Assembly: GCA_963721315.1 (NCBI GenBank)
Contig: CAVRIU010000007.1
Coordinates: 79,215-143,214 of the forward strand
DNA from: an uncultured Solirubrobacteraceae bacterium
GTDB lineage: Bacteria > Actinomycetota > Thermoleophilia > Solirubrobacterales > Solirubrobacteraceae
DNA: 64,000 nucleotides
Direction: 5' to 3'
Shown here: piece by piece, positions 46,278-61,004 of the stretch
Numbering within the stretch: the stretch's first letter is position 1
Layout: the number at the start of each line of letters is the position of its first letter
Translations under genes and position numbers: made by a program
The notes under the pieces: model-generated
Databases searched by the model: none
The model's input: the letters and a program-made list of their open reading frames with translations, nothing else
What the model was told of the DNA's origin: nothing

Positions 46278-46336
46278 GCGCCGGGTAAGCGTAGGTCAGC
46301 CGCACGCGAAGCCGCCAAGCGGGAAGATGTCGCGCC

Positions 46337-47731
46337 GTGGAACTCGACCTACTCGTCATCGGCTCCGGACCCTCCGGCCAGAAGGCCGCCATCCAGGCCG
46401 CCAAGCTCGGCAAGCGCGTCGCCGTCGCCGAGCGCCGCGACCGCCTCGGCGGCGTCTCCATCCACACGGGCACGATCCCGTCGAAGACGCTGCGCGAGGC
46501 CGTGCTCGACCAGCTCGCGGAGCGCCCGCTCGACGTGCTCGACCCGACCCGCATGGAGGAGACCGAGCAGCAGGCGCTGAGGCAGCTGATGGATCGCACC
46601 GCCCGCGTGATCGCGGCCGAGACGGCGGTCGTGCGCGAGCAGTTCCGCCGCAACATGGTCGGCTGGCTCCCGGGCGAGGCGCGGTTCACCGACGACCACA
46701 CGGTGACGATCGAGGGCTCGGACGAGGAGATCCGCGCCGACCACATCGTCGTCGCCGTCGGCACGAAGCCCGCGCGCCCGGACTCGGTCGCAGTTCGACG
46801 ATCGCACGATCATCGACTCCGACGGCCTGCTGAAGCTCGACCGGCGCGTCCCGCGCTCGATGACGGTCGTCGGCGCCGGCGTGATCGGGGTCGAGTACGC
46901 GTCGATGTTCGGCGCGCTCGGCACCAAGGTCACGGTGATCGACCAGCGCGACCGCACGCTCAACTTCCTCGACGGCGAGATCGGCGAGGCGTTCCAGTAC
47001 CTGCTGCGCCGCAGCAACGTCACCTTCCGCCTGCGCGAGAAGGTCGACGCGATCGAGTCGGTCGGCGGCCGCGCGCGGATCCAGCTCGCCTCGGGCAAGG
47101 AGATCTTCTCCGAGACCGTGCTCTACGCGGTCGGGCGTCAGGGCGCCACGGACGATCTGGGGATCGAGAACACCGGGCTGAAGGCCGACAAGCGCGGGCG
47201 CCTGGCCATCGACGAGCACTACCGCACCTCGGTGCCGCACATCTTCGCCGTCGGCGACGTCGCCGGCGGCGGCCTCGCGGCGACGGCGATGGAGGCGGGG
47301 CGGATCGCCGCGCTGCACGCGTTCGAGCAGCCGGTGCACACGCTGTCCGCAGCTGGTCCCGACCGGCGTCTACGCGATCCCCGAGATCGGCATGGTCGGC
47401 GCGACCGAGGAGGAGCTGACGGACTGCTCGGAGCCCTACGTGTCCGGCATCGCGCGCTGGTCCGAGCTCGCGCGCGGGCTGATGACCGGCGACGAGGACG
47501 GCATGCTCAAGCTGCTGGTCAGCCCGGAGGACAATCGCGTGCTCGGCGTCCACGTGATCGGAACAGGAGCGACGGAGCTGGTCCACATCGGCCAGGCCGT
47601 GATGGCCCAGGGCGCGGGCGGGCTGGACTTCCTCGTCACCGCCGTCTTCAACTACCCGACCTTCGCCGAGTCCTACAAGGTCGCCGCGCTGGATGCCGCC
47701 AACCGGATCCGCGGCATGTCACCGGCCGTTG
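46337..47731 (+). CDS. sthA: soluble pyridine nucleotide transhydrogenase-like flavoprotein (SthA-like); frame breaks ~46790 and ~47345. True stop unclear (~47731-47768; as sequenced the frame stays open to 48117)
   Basis: [30 protein letters not shown] (no CxxxxC redox disulfide, which argues against Lpd), [54 protein letters not shown]. Confidence 0.75.
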
Positions 47732-47808
47732 AGCCGCCGGGCCACAGGCGAACGTCGGTCAGCGTAGTCCATGACGGGAAGTCACCGACGTTCGGCCACG
47801 CCGACTCA

Positions 47809-48195
47809 TCACGGCGCGCGGACGTCGATCAGATCGGCGACCACGCTGACGTCGCAGCTGTTGTGGGCGAGCCGCGGGATGCGATGCACGCTCGCCGTGG
47901 CGGCGATGGCCAGCTCGATGGCTCTGCGGCGCGGCTTGCCGCTCGCGCGGGCGACGGCGGCGGCGAGGCGGTCCCTTCGCGCGCGACGTCGGCGTCGATC
48001 GGCAGTGGGTCGAACGTCGATTCGATAGCGCCGAGCCGGCGCGCGCGGCGCGCCCGCTCGCATCGGCGAGCGCGACCAGGAGGCCGAGGTGGAGTTCAGC
48101 GAGGGACTCCGCGCTGATGGCCGCATCGACGATCGCCGGGGTCCGCGTCGCCGATGAAGACCGACGTGTCGAGGAGCACTCTCACGCGGCGAGCG
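47809..48195 (-). CDS. vapC: type II toxin VapC (PIN-domain ribonuclease); about 3 frame breaks
   Basis: [11 protein letters not shown]...[14 protein letters not shown]...[13 protein letters not shown]...[38 protein letters not shown]. The GTG overlaps the vapB stop (GTGA 48192-48195). Confidence 0.75.
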   Translation of the reverse strand, partial: RSPRESAPRHVGLHRRRGPRRSSMRPSARSPSLNSTSASWSRSPMRAGAPRAPARRYRIDVRPTADRRRRRARRDRLAAAVARASGKPRRRAIELAIAATASVHRIPRLAHNSCDVSVVADLIDVRAP

Positions 48196-48425
48196 GATCG
48201 CCGAGGCCGGCCGGGAATCGTTCGAGGTCTCGCTGCGTCCCGTCCGTCGGTGGCGCCGCCCAGGCGCTGCGTGGGTTGCGCCACTGACCCACTGGCGGGG
48301 GCGCATCGGTGACCAGCGCGCGGTGGGTCGACCGGCCGCGGTCACCGTCCGCGTCTCGCCCGCCGCCACTCGCCGCAGCACAGCGGCGACGTTGTCCCGC
48401 GACTCCTTCGGGGAATGGTGGCCAT
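48192..48425 (-). CDS. vapB: type II antitoxin (Phd/YefM-type VapB); about 2 frame breaks
   Basis: MATIP|KESRDNVAAVLRRVAAGETRTVTAAGRPTAR|LV... matches the usual MATIP..ELRNNVS..L.RVE.GE...VT..GRPVA.LVP antitoxin N-terminus. Confidence 0.7.
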
Positions 48426-48431
48426 TACGGC

Positions 48432-48452
48432 GCGGTAGCAGTTCGGCTACCG

Positions 48453-48453
<1 letters not shown>
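48432..48453. promoter_or_regulatory. 8-bp perfect inverted repeat GCGGTAGC-N6-GCTACCGC between obg stop and vapB start (obg terminator hairpin or TA operator)
   Basis: Seen directly. It touches the obg stop codon (48453-48455) and ends 6 nt before the vapB ATG. Confidence 0.45.
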
Positions 48454-50574
<2,121 letters not shown>

Positions 50575-52099
50575 CCGCTTCGCGCACCAGCAGGCGCAGG
50601 GAGGCGGCCGCCCATCCCATCGCGCAGCGTCGCGCCGTCACCGTAGAGCTCGACGAGCTGGCCCGACGCGCCCGCGGCGAGCAGCTGCGAGTGCCCGTTG
50701 CGGACGAGCAGCAGCCGCTCGGCGACGTCGGCCCCGAGATCCTCGGCGTCCAGATGGAACGCGCCGCCGTCGCGCACGATCGCCAGCGTCTCCGGGTAGT
50801 CGGCGAGCTGGAACGTCTCGTTCGCGTCGACCACGCTGCCGGCTCCCAGCCGCCGGTCGGCCTCCGCGGTGGTGTGGAGCTTGCCCGCGTCCGGCGACGT
50901 CTCGGAGACCGACCAGGCTGAAGCGTCCAGGGCTCCCGCGGCGATCTCGGCGACCGCCTGCACGCGCTTGGCCGGCGACGCGCTGCGACCCGGGCCATCG
51001 AGCCACTCGAGCGCGGTTTCCACGATCCGCGCCGCGAGCATCGCGCGGTCGCGCGTACGCGCGGCCGGACGGCGCTTCGACGGACCCATGATCGAATCGG
51101 TCGCCGTGCGCAGGCAGTTGCCGCCGCTGCGCTTGGCCTCGTACTGGGCGATGTCGGCTGCGCGCAGCAGCGCCGCGGGCTTCCAGTCGCGCCCCGACGT
51201 CAGCGCGAGTCCCCACGAGAAGGTCGCTCTTGCGGTGCTCGACGCCGGCATGAGCCCGATCAGCGCCTTTGCGTCAGCCGCGCTCGCGCCGGGCATGAGG
51301 ACGCAGAACTCGTCCCCGCCGAGTCGTGCCACCGTCACGAGCGCGTCGCCGCCGGCCGCAGCGCGCAGTGCGCGGGCCGCATCGCGCAGGACCGCGTCGC
51401 CGGCGTCGTGCCCGTCCGCGTCGTTGACCGACTTGAGCCCGTCCAGGTCGCCCAGCAGCAGTGCCGCCGGCTCGCCGCGCGCCGCCAGCTCATCCAGGCG
51501 GTCGCCGACCGCGCGACGGTTCGCGAGCCCGGTCAGCGCGTCCTCGAACGCGAGCGCCGACATGCGCGAGAACAGCTCCGCGCGGCCGAGCGCCAGGCCG
51601 ATCTGGCCGCAGATCGCCTGCATGTAGCGAACGTCGGAGTCCGAGAGCCGCGGCATGCCGGACTCGCTCGCCGCGTACAGCTCGCCCCACGTGGCGCCCT
51701 CGTAGACGATCGGCACGGACGCCGAGCTGTCCATGCCCCAGTCGCGCAGGAGCCGCTGCTCGGCGGGGTCGGTGTCGGTGTCGTCGACGATCGCGAGGTG
51801 CGGGCGGCCGGCGCGCAGCAGCGCGACTGCGGCCGGGAAACTCGTCCAGCGGATAGACCTCGTCCTCCGGCCAGCAGCTGTTCCTCGCCGACATTGATCA
51901 GCGTGCGCAGGTAGCCCTGCTCGACCTCCCAGCGGCTGATCGAGATCGTCGCCGCGCCCATCACTTCACGCGCCGAGTGGCCGCCACCTCGAGCACCTCC
52001 TCGAGCCGGTGCGCGCCGGCCACGCTGGCGGCGATGGCGATCAGCGATTCGAGCTCGCTCGACGAATGACGGATCACCCATTGGTAATCGGCGTAAAGC

Positions 52100-52140
52100 C
52101 TCGTCGAGATGAGCGTCGATACGACGCTTATCTCGACGAG
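52100..52140 (-). terminator. 19-bp stem hairpin (one G-U pair, loop ATA) 8 nt downstream of rpmA and 24 nt upstream of the GGDEF gene start
   Basis: CTCGTCGAGATGAGCGTCG-ATA-CGACGCTTATCTCGACGAG, seen directly. Only a weak T-tract follows on the minus strand. Confidence 0.55.
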
Positions 52141-52147
52141 CGGGGCG

Positions 52148-52414
52148 CTAGGCGGCGTCGGTGGGCGCCGGCTCGACGCTGATCACGCGGCCGCGCCAGC
52201 CGTCGCGGAACTGCACGACGCCTGCGGATTTGGCGAAGATCGTGTCGTCGCGGCCGATCCCGACACCGTCACCGGGCTTGAAGCGGGTGCCGCGCTGGCG
52301 CACGATGATCTCGCCGCCGCTGACGAGCTCGCCCGCGAAGATCTTGACGCCGAGGCGCTTGGCGTTGGAGTCGCGGCCGTTGCGGCTGGAGCCGAGGCCC
52401 TTCTTGTGTGCCAT
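52148..52414 (-). CDS. rpmA: 50S ribosomal protein L27 (intact)
   Basis: [48 protein letters not shown]. Confidence 0.96.
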   Translation of the reverse strand: MAHKKGLGSSRNGRDSNAKRLGVKIFAGELVSGGEIIVRQRGTRFKPGDGVGIGRDDTIFAKSAGVVQFRDGWRGRVISVEPAPTDAA

Positions 52415-52418
52415 TGCC

Positions 52419-52742
52419 TCAGGAGCCTTTCGTGATGCCCGTGACCTGCAGGCGCGTGAGCTCCTGCCGGTGGCCCGCGGTGCGCTTGTAGCCGCGCTTG
52501 GGCTTGAACTTGAAGATGCGGATCTTGGGCCCGCGCTCGTGGCCGAGCACGGTCGCCTCGACCGAGACGTTGCCGAGCGTGGCGCCGAACAGCGACTCGT
52601 CGCCGCTCGCATAGAGCAGTGGCTCGAGGTCGACGGTGGCGCCCTCGTCGGCGGTCAGGCGCTCGACGAGGAAGGTCGTGCCCTCCTCGACGCGGTACTG
52701 CTTGCCCCCGGTGCGGACTACGGCGTAGGTGGTGTCGGTCAT
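52419..52742 (-). CDS. rplU: 50S ribosomal protein L21 (intact)
   Basis: [16 protein letters not shown]...[25 protein letters not shown]. Confidence 0.96.
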   Translation of the reverse strand: MTDTTYAVVRTGGKQYRVEEGTTFLVERLTADEGATVDLEPLLYASGDESLFGATLGNVSVEATVLGHERGPKIRIFKFKPKRGYKRTAGHRQELTRLQVTGITKGS

Positions 52743-52751
52743 AGACGAAGG

Positions 52752-54957
52752 TCAGTCGCTGTCGGAGGAGGAGACTTCGGCGTTCGCACGCGAACGGCGC
52801 CGTCCGCCCCTGCGGCCGCGGCGCCGAGGCTTCGATTGTACCGCGGCGTCGTCGCCGCCGGCCGGATCGCGCTCGGAGCCCTCGCCCCCGTCGGCGGACG
52901 GCTCCTCCCCGCCTCCTTCACTGGGCTGTCTCGGACCCTCGGAAACGCGCGAACGCCGCCGCGAGCGCGGCTTCGCGGCCTGCTCGTCCGAGTCGTCGGC
53001 CGCCCCCGGCCCCGTCCCGGCATGCGCAGCGCCGCTGTCGGTCAGCGCCTCGACCGCCTGCTCCTCGCGCGAGGCCGGCTTGCGCGCGGCGCGCTTGCGC
53101 GCCGCCGCGGGCGGCGCCGACGCCGCCCGCTTGGCGGCGCGCTCGCGCACCTCGCGGCGCTCCACGCTGGCCGCCGCGGCCTCCTCGGCGACCTCGACGA
53201 GGACGGCGTGCGCCAGCGAGCGGCCCGCCTGCTCGATCCGCACGAGCATCTTCTCGCCGACGTAGCCGATCCCGTCGGTCACCTCGATCAGGTAGCCGTC
53301 GACCTTCGCGACGGCATCGTCCTCGGAGTACATGTGCGGCTCGACGATGTCGACGTGCACCTCCTCGCCCTCGCGGAACGGCACGCTGTGCTCCTCGATC
53401 TCCGCGCGCGCGCCCTCCTCGACGATCGCGAAGTGGTCGAGCGGCAGTCCCTCCGAGCCGGTGAAGTTGAAGAAGCGGCCGGTCTCCTCCTCCAAGGCGT
53501 GCAGCATGCGCGCGCCGTCCTCGGTGAAGTAGGCGCTCACCTTGGGGTTCATCCGCACCAGGTAGGCCTCGGGACCGCCGCCGCCGGCATCGGCGGCCAG
53601 CTCGCGCAGCATCCGCTCGATCGCGATCGCCACCGTCTCCTCCGACTTCACCACGCCGTCGCCGTTGCAGGTCGGGCACGGCTTGGTCATGATCTCGCGC
53701 GCGCCGTCGGTCACGTTCTGGCGCGTCATCTCGACCAGCCCCAGCGGCGAGATCTCGACCACGAACGTCTTCGTGCGGTCCTCGTCGAGCGCCTTGCGCA
53801 GCGTCTTGAGCACGGCGTCGCGGTTGCGCGCGCGCGCCATGTCGATGAAGTCGATCACGATGATGCCGCCGATGTCGCGCAGCCGCAGCTGGTTGACGAC
53901 CTCGTCGGCCGCCTCCAGGTTGGTGCGCGTGATCGTGTCCTCGAGCCGCGCGGCCTTGCCCTTGCCGGTGTAGGAGCCGGTGTTGACGTCGATCACCGTC
54001 AGCGCCTCGGCGTAGTCGATGATCAGGTAGCCGCCGCTGGGCAGGTCGACGCGGCGCGAGATCATCCCCTCCAGCACGGGTTCGACGCCGTAGGCCTCGA
54101 ACAGGTTGACCGGCTCCTCCCACAGCTCGACGCGGTCGACCAGCTCCGGCGCGGTGCGGGCGAAGAACGAGACGAGCCTGCGGTGCTGCTTGGGGTCGTC
54201 GACGATCGCGCGCTCGAAGTGGGCGGAGAAGATGTCGCGCACGACGCGCACCGACAGGTCCGCCTCCTGGAACACCAGCGCCGGCGCCGTCGCCTCCTCG
54301 ACGCGCTTCTGCAGCACGTCGTTGAGCTTGAACAGGTAGGCGAGCTCGCGCTCGAAGTCACCGCGCGTGGCGCCGTGGGCCGCCGTGCGGATGATCGCGC
54401 CGCCGTCCGCCGAGGTCGAGCTGCTTGGCCTCGGAGCGCAGTCGCGTGCGCTCCGCGTCCTCGAGCCGGCGCGAGACGCCGACGCCCTCGCCGGTCGGCG
54501 CGTAGACCATGTAGCGGCCGGCGATCGTCAGCTCCATCGTCAGGCGCGCGCCCTTGGTCTTGAGCGGATCCTTGATGACCTGGACGACGATCTCCTGGCC
54601 GGGCTTGAGCAGCTCTGAGATGCGCGGGCCGGTCTCCTTGCCGCGGCCGCGCTTGACCTGCTCCACCCCCGGCAGCACGATCTCGTCGACGTGCAGGAAG
54701 CCGTTCTTCTCTAAGCCGAAGTCGACGAACGCCGCCTCGAGCCCGGGCAGGACGTTGTCGACCTTGCCCTTGTAGATGTTGCCGACGATCGAGCGGCCGC
54801 CGCGGCGCTCGAAGTAGACCTCGGCGACGCGGTACCCGGTCGGCAGGCCGCTCTTGCGGCGACGCGACTTACGGGCGGCCGTGACCTCCCCGGCGGCTTC
54901 GAGCATCGCAACCCGGGTTTCTCCCCGGTCGACCGTGACCAGCACTTGCTTTTTCAA
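52752..54957 (-). CDS. rne: ribonuclease E/G family protein with TRAM-like domain and Arg-rich acidic-ended tail; frame break ~54390
   Basis: S1 domain GNIYKGKVDNVLPGLEAAFVDFG, catalytic core LPSGGYLIIDYAEALTVIDVNTG, IGGIIVIDFIDM, EISPLGLVEMTRQ, zinc-link CPTCNGDG, and tail ...KPRRRGRRGGRRRSR. Confidence 0.9.
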
Positions 54958-54966
54958 GACGATCCC

Positions 54967-56169
54967 TCATTGGAAGACGGAGGCCCGGCCCTTGCTCACG
55001 CCGATCTCGCGCGCCTGCGCGTGGATCGACTGGAGCAGGCCGATGGCCATGAACGTGACCAGCATCGACGAGCCGCCGAAGCTGAGAAGTGGTGCCGGGA
55101 CGCCGGTTATCGGCATGATCCCGACCGTCATCCCGACGTTCACGAAGACCTGGAACAGCAGCATCATCGTGATGCCGCCGGCGATCAGGGCGCCGTACAG
55201 GTTCTTCGCGATCGTGAGGATGTGCAGCCCGCGCCAGATCAGCAGCGCGTACAGCGATAAGACGAGCGCGGCGCCGGCGAAACCGTAGGTCTCGCCGACG
55301 ACGGAGAAGATGAAGTCGGTGTGGTGCTCGGGCAGGAAGTTCAGGCCGGTCTGCGTGGCGTTCTCGACGCCGCGCCCGGTCTTCTCCCCCGAGCCGATCG
55401 CGATCTTGGACTGCTGCTGCTGGTAGCCCTCCTCGCCCGCCACCTCGGACGGGTGCAGGAACGAGGTCAGGCGATCCACCTGGTAGGGCTTGAGCACCTC
55501 GACGCCGGCGGCCGGCAGCGCGACCAGCGCGAGCGCGATCGCGACGGCGCCCAGCGCCGCGAGCGCGGCGAAGTGCCGCCATGGCGCGCAGCCGACGAAC
55601 AGCAGCGCCAGCGTCCCGATGACGTAGACCAGCGACGTGCCGAGGTCGGGCTGGGCCATCACGAGCATCGTCGGGATCAGCCCGAGGAGCATCACGCGCG
55701 CCGTCGTCTGGCGACTGCCGGCGCCGCGCAGCCGGTCGACGATGAAGCCCGAGAGCGCGAGCACCAGCAGCACCTTGCCCAGCTCGGACGGCTGGAAGGT
55801 CATGAACGGCGTGTCGATCCAGCGCTTGGACCCGCGCGTCGCGGTGGCGACGCCGAACACGAGCACGATCGAGCCGATCAGCAGCCCGTAGATGACGTAC
55901 TTGAGCTCACGCAGGCGCGAGTAGTCGAGCCGCGAGATCGCGTACATCAGCAGCACGCCGATCACGCCGTAGGCGAGCTGGCGCTCGACGTAGTAGAGCG
56001 GCTCGCCCGCCACGTCGTCCGCCGTCGCACCCTTGATCGCGATGCACGAGCAGACGACCAAGCCGAGCGCTGCGACGACGAGCAGCGGATCGAGCCGGAG
56101 CCGCCACTCCCGCGGAACCAGCGGCGAAGGCGGATCCGAGGCAGGCCTGATCGGGGTCGCGGTGCTCAC
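54967..56169 (-). CDS. rodA: SEDS-family peptidoglycan polymerase RodA (intact)
   Basis: Intact 400-aa polytopic ORF with FQPSELGKVLLVLAL, AQPDLGTSLV, LPEHHTDFIFSVVGE, GMTVGIMPITGVPAPLLSFGGSS. It sits in a mreBCD-pbp2-rodA context. Confidence 0.9.
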   Translation of the reverse strand: MSTATPIRPASDPPSPLVPREWRLRLDPLLVVAALGLVVCSCIAIKGATADDVAGEPLYYVERQLAYGVIGVLLMYAISRLDYSRLRELKYVIYGLLIGSIVLVFGVATATRGSKRWIDTPFMTFQPSELGKVLLVLALSGFIVDRLRGAGSRQTTARVMLLGLIPTMLVMAQPDLGTSLVYVIGTLALLFVGCAPWRHFAALAALGAVAIALALVALPAAGVEVLKPYQVDRLTSFLHPSEVAGEEGYQQQQSKIAIGSGEKTGRGVENATQTGLNFLPEHHTDFIFSVVGETYGFAGAALVLSLYALLIWRGLHILTIAKNLYGALIAGGITMMLLFQVFVNVGMTVGIMPITGVPAPLLSFGGSSMLVTFMAIGLLQSIHAQAREIGVSKGRASVFQ

Positions 56170-56203
56170 GACTCGGACCCACCGTAGCGGAGACTCGGGC
56201 CGC

Positions 56204-58372
56204 TCATCGCGTCGCGCTCACGCCTGCATGGAACGTGGCGTCGCGCACTCCGAACCATTTCGACAGGATCAGCCGCGCGGCCGGCGCAGCGACCTCGGCG
56301 CCGAAGCCGCCCTTCTCGACGGTGACGACGACGACGATCGGCTTGACCGGGTCGTCGACGTAGGCGGCGTACCACGACTGGTCGGGATTCGGCGCGCGCT
56401 CGGCCGTGCCGGTCTTGCCGTAGACGGTGTAGGGGAAGCCCGCGAAGACGTCGGCGGACGTGCCGCCGCTCTCGCCGGCGGCGGCGCGCAGGCCCGACCG
56501 GATCGCCTCGAGCGTCGACGGCTCGATCTCGACGCGCCGCTTGGCCGGCTTGCGGATCTCCTCGAGCTGGCGCCCCGCGCCGTCCTCGACCTGCTGACCG
56601 AGATGCGGCGTCACGACCCGGCCGCCGTTGGCGATCGTCGCGTAGGCGGTGGCGAGCTGCAGCGGCGTCGCCTGCAGGTCGCCCTGGCCGACGGCGAGGT
56701 TGACGTTGTCACCGCCGCTCCAGCCGCGCTCGATGCCGCCGCAGGCGAACAGCGCCTCCGTCGTGCCGGTCGGCACCTTCGCCTGCTTGGCGCACTTGAC
56801 GTAGCGCTCGTACTCGGAGTTGCGCCACTTGGCATCCGGCACCAGGCCGCCGTACTCGCCCGGCAGGTCGATCCCCGTCGGCTCGTCGAAGCTCAGCTTG
56901 CGCGCCCAGTGCTGGATGATCGCGCCGCGCTCGTTCGCGGCCGCGCCGAGCTGGTAGAAGAAGACGTCCGAGGACACCTGCAGCGCGCGCGGCAGCGCGA
57001 GCGTGCCGAAGCGCGCGTCGCGCGCGTTCTTGAACTCGCGCCCGCCGTAGCGGAAGACGCCCGGGGTCGTTGAGCGGCGTGCTCGGCGTGATGATGCCGC
57101 TGTCGACGGCCGCCAGGGCGGTGATCGGCTTGAAGGTCGAGCCGGTCGGGTAGCCGGCGGCGATCGCGCGGTTGAACAGCGGCGCGCCGTTCTCCTCGCT
57201 GTTGAGCCGCTCGTAGGTCTGCTGGTCGATCGGCTTGGCGAACAGGTTCGCGTCGAAGCTCGGATAGGAGCCGAGCGCCAGCACCTCGCCGTCGCGCGGG
57301 TCCATCGCGACGAAGGCGCCGGCGTCGGCCGGGTTGCCGTTGGCCTGCGCGGCGTCGATACCGCGCGCGACGGCGTTCTGGGCTGCGCGCTGGAGCCCGA
57401 GGTCGAGCGTCAGCCGCAGCTGGCGGCCCTGGATCGGCTCCGTGCGCGTCGTGCGCCGTGTGTCGTCGCGGTTGCCGAACGAGTTGACGATCACGCGCGT
57501 GAAGCCGTCGGTCCCGCGCAGGTACTTGTCGTAGCTCTCCTCGATCCCGTCCTTGCCGATCCGGGTGCCCGGCGTGACGCCGCGGTAGCGCTTGGCCTCG
57601 AGCTCGTCGGGCGAGATCTCGCGCAGCGTGCCGAACAGCTGCGCCCCGAGCGTCTTGTAGGGGTAGTGGCGCAGGTACTTCTTCTCGACCACGATGCCGG
57701 GGAAGTCCTCGCGGTGCTCGAGCAGGTAGTTGAAGGCGGCCGCCGAGACGTCGGTCTTGATCGTCACGTTGGCCGAGGGCTGGTCCGCGATGCCCTGGAT
57801 CACGCGCCGGTGGATCGTCCGCGGCTCCAGGTCGATCACCTTGCCGAGCCGCCGGTAGAGCGCCCGCGGACTCGCCCGGCGGCCAGCGCGGTGATCGCGA
57901 CCTTGTCGGCGCGGCGCGCCCGGCCGCGCAGTTCGCGCCGCTCGGAGCGCTCGGCGCGGGTCGAGGAGCGGCCGTCCGCGCGCAGTCGGCGCTCGAGCTC
58001 GCGCAGGTCCCTGGCCGCCGTGAGCCGCCGCCCCTCGGACAGTGCCAGCAGCTTGCGGTATCGCTCCGCCGCCGCGAGCTCCGCCTCGGGCACGGAGTTG
58101 GGCAGGATCTGGACGACCGGCGCCGCACGTGTCTTGACCAGGATGCGGCCGTCGCGGTCGACGATGTTGCCGCGCGGCGCCTCGATCTTCACCTTGCGGA
58201 TGCGGTTCTCGCGCGCCTGGACGACGTAGTCGTCGCCGGTCAGCACCTGCAGGAACCAGAGCCGGAAGAAGATCACCGCGAAGAGCACGAACGCGAAGCC
58301 GCCGAGCACGGCGACGCGCACCGCGAGCTGCGGCGTGATCGGCGGGCGGCGATCCTCGATCGGGCTCGGCAT
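56204..58372 (-). CDS. mrdA: penicillin-binding protein 2 (elongation-specific transpeptidase); frame breaks ~57870 and ~57065
   Basis: N-terminal TM and RGNIVDRDG, AFVAMDPRDGEVLALGSYPSFD, PTGSTFKP (SxxK), SSDVFFY, YGKTGTAE (KTG). Confidence 0.9.
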
Positions 58373-58379
58373 CTAGGCG

Positions 58380-58946
58380 CTAGGCGCGGCTGAGCGGGCT
58401 CAGGCCGCCGGTGGTGTACGCGCGCCGGCGGCGGCGGCGCGGGTCGTCGGGCAGGTACGGCGCGAGCATGCGCCGGCAGGCCAGGTACACCGGCATCGCG
58501 AGCAGCGTGTTGAGCACGATCGTCATCAGGATCTGGCGCACGAGCAGCAGCGAGACCGGCGCGTCGACGCCGAGCAGGAACTGCAGCACGGAGAAGCCGA
58601 TCACGGCGATCGCGGTCGCCGCCGCTCCGACCGCCACCGGCACGAGCGCGTGGGCGGGGTCGCGCAGCTCGCGCAGCCGCCCGGCGGCATAACCCGCCGT
58701 CAGCAGCACGAGCGAGTTCAGCCCCAGCGTCTGCGCCAGCAGCGTGTCCATGAACAGGCCGAGGCCGAAGCCGAAGCCCGCGCCGGCGATCGAGCCGCAC
58801 AGCAGCCCGACGGACGCGACGAGCAGCGGCGAGAGGTCCGCCGGGACGCCGAAGATCGCGACCTGCGAGATCGTCGTCAGCTGCAGGATCCCGCCCACGA
58901 GGCCGATCACGACGAGCCGACCGATGCTGCTCGCGTTCCAGGTCAC
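58380..58946 (-). CDS. mreD: rod shape-determining protein MreD (intact)
   Basis: Hydrophobic ~188-aa ORF directly after mreC. The GTG overlaps the mreC stop (GTGA 58943-58946). Confidence 0.75.
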   Translation of the reverse strand: MTWNASSIGRLVVIGLVGGILQLTTISQVAIFGVPADLSPLLVASVGLLCGSIAGAGFGFGLGLFMDTLLAQTLGLNSLVLLTAGYAAGRLRELRDPAHALVPVAVGAAATAIAVIGFSVLQFLLGVDAPVSLLLVRQILMTIVLNTLLAMPVYLACRRMLAPYLPDDPRRRRRRAYTTGGLSPLSRA

Positions 58947-59824
58947 GGCGTCGGCGTCGCGGCGGCGCGCAGGTCGGCGGTGGGCTCGGTCAGCACCTGC
59001 ACGAAGTCGAGATCGCGCAAGTCGGCGAACGGCGCGACGTGGATCGTCCGGTCCAGCTCGCCCTCGCCGTCGATCCGCTTGACGCGGCCGATCGGGATGC
59101 CCTGCGGGAACGGCGACGGCAGCGACGCCGAGATCGTGCCGGCCGTGACGATCGTGTCGCCCGTGCGCACCTTCCTCGCCTCCGGCACGAGGTCGAACAG
59201 CAGGTCGCCGGGCGAGCCGGCGACCGGCAGGATCGAGCCGGGCTGCCCGGAGGCGGCCGCCAGCGCGCTGACGCCGAAGTCCGAGTCGCTCAGCAGCATC
59301 ACGACGGCGTTGCCGTCCGAGACCGCCTTGATCTTGCCGACCAGGCCCTTGCCGTTGATCACGGGCTGGTTGACCTCGACGCCGTCGCTCGAGCCCTTGT
59401 TGATCTCCATCGTGTCGTACCAGGAGGAGAACGAGCGGCTGTACACGCGCGCGGTCTGCGGCTCGTAGGCGTCGAGGCCGCTGCTGCGGGCGTAGTCGAC
59501 GATCGCGCGCAACTCGGCGTTCTCGTTCGCGGCCGCCTGCAGGCGCGCGACTTCGCCGCGCAGCCTGTCGCGCTCCGCTTCGAGCTTGTCGCGCTCGTCC
59601 TTGGCGTCGAACGTGTCGCCGAACCAGCCGAACAGGTCGCGCACCGGCTTGAGCGCGCGGTTCGCGCCCTCCTGCACCGGCGCCACGACCTCCATCGTGC
59701 CGGTCTGGACCGATTTCAGCGGGCCGCCGGAGGACTCGCCGAAGTACGCCGTCAGCAGGACGAGGCAGCACACGACGAGCGCGAGCAGGACCGCGCGCCG
59801 ACGTCGCACCTGTCTGTCATACAT
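58943..59824 (-). CDS. mreC: rod shape-determining protein MreC (intact)
   Basis: MYDRQVRRRRAVLLALVVCCLVLL TM, coiled-coil ERDKLEAERDRLRGEVARLQ, VINGKGLVGKIKAV, TGDTIVTAG, PQGIPIGRV. Confidence 0.88.
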   Translation of the reverse strand: MYDRQVRRRRAVLLALVVCCLVLLTAYFGESSGGPLKSVQTGTMEVVAPVQEGANRALKPVRDLFGWFGDTFDAKDERDKLEAERDRLRGEVARLQAAANENAELRAIVDYARSSGLDAYEPQTARVYSRSFSSWYDTMEINKGSSDGVEVNQPVINGKGLVGKIKAVSDGNAVVMLLSDSDFGVSALAAASGQPGSILPVAGSPGDLLFDLVPEARKVRTGDTIVTAGTISASLPSPFPQGIPIGRVKRIDGEGELDRTIHVAPFADLRDLDFVQVLTEPTADLRAAATPTP

Positions 59825-59942
59825 GGCTTGGGGCTCCGAGCGTAACGTCGCCGAAGGCGAACGCGAGGTACGAGCGGTTCGCCTGGCAGGCGAAACCCTT
59901 CGCAAGAGGCTACCGCGCGTCAAGGCGCTGCCCGGGACACGC

Positions 59943-61004
<1,062 letters not shown>

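Noticed and set aside
47732-48117. Long C-terminal extension of the sthA-like ORF (open to 48117), overlapping vapC antisense.
   Set aside because: SthA homology ends at ...[11 protein letters not shown]. The extension has no motifs and is antisense to a well-supported PIN toxin. Stops exist at 47729-47731 and 47766-47768 one frame away, so the extension is attributed to a missing or extra base.
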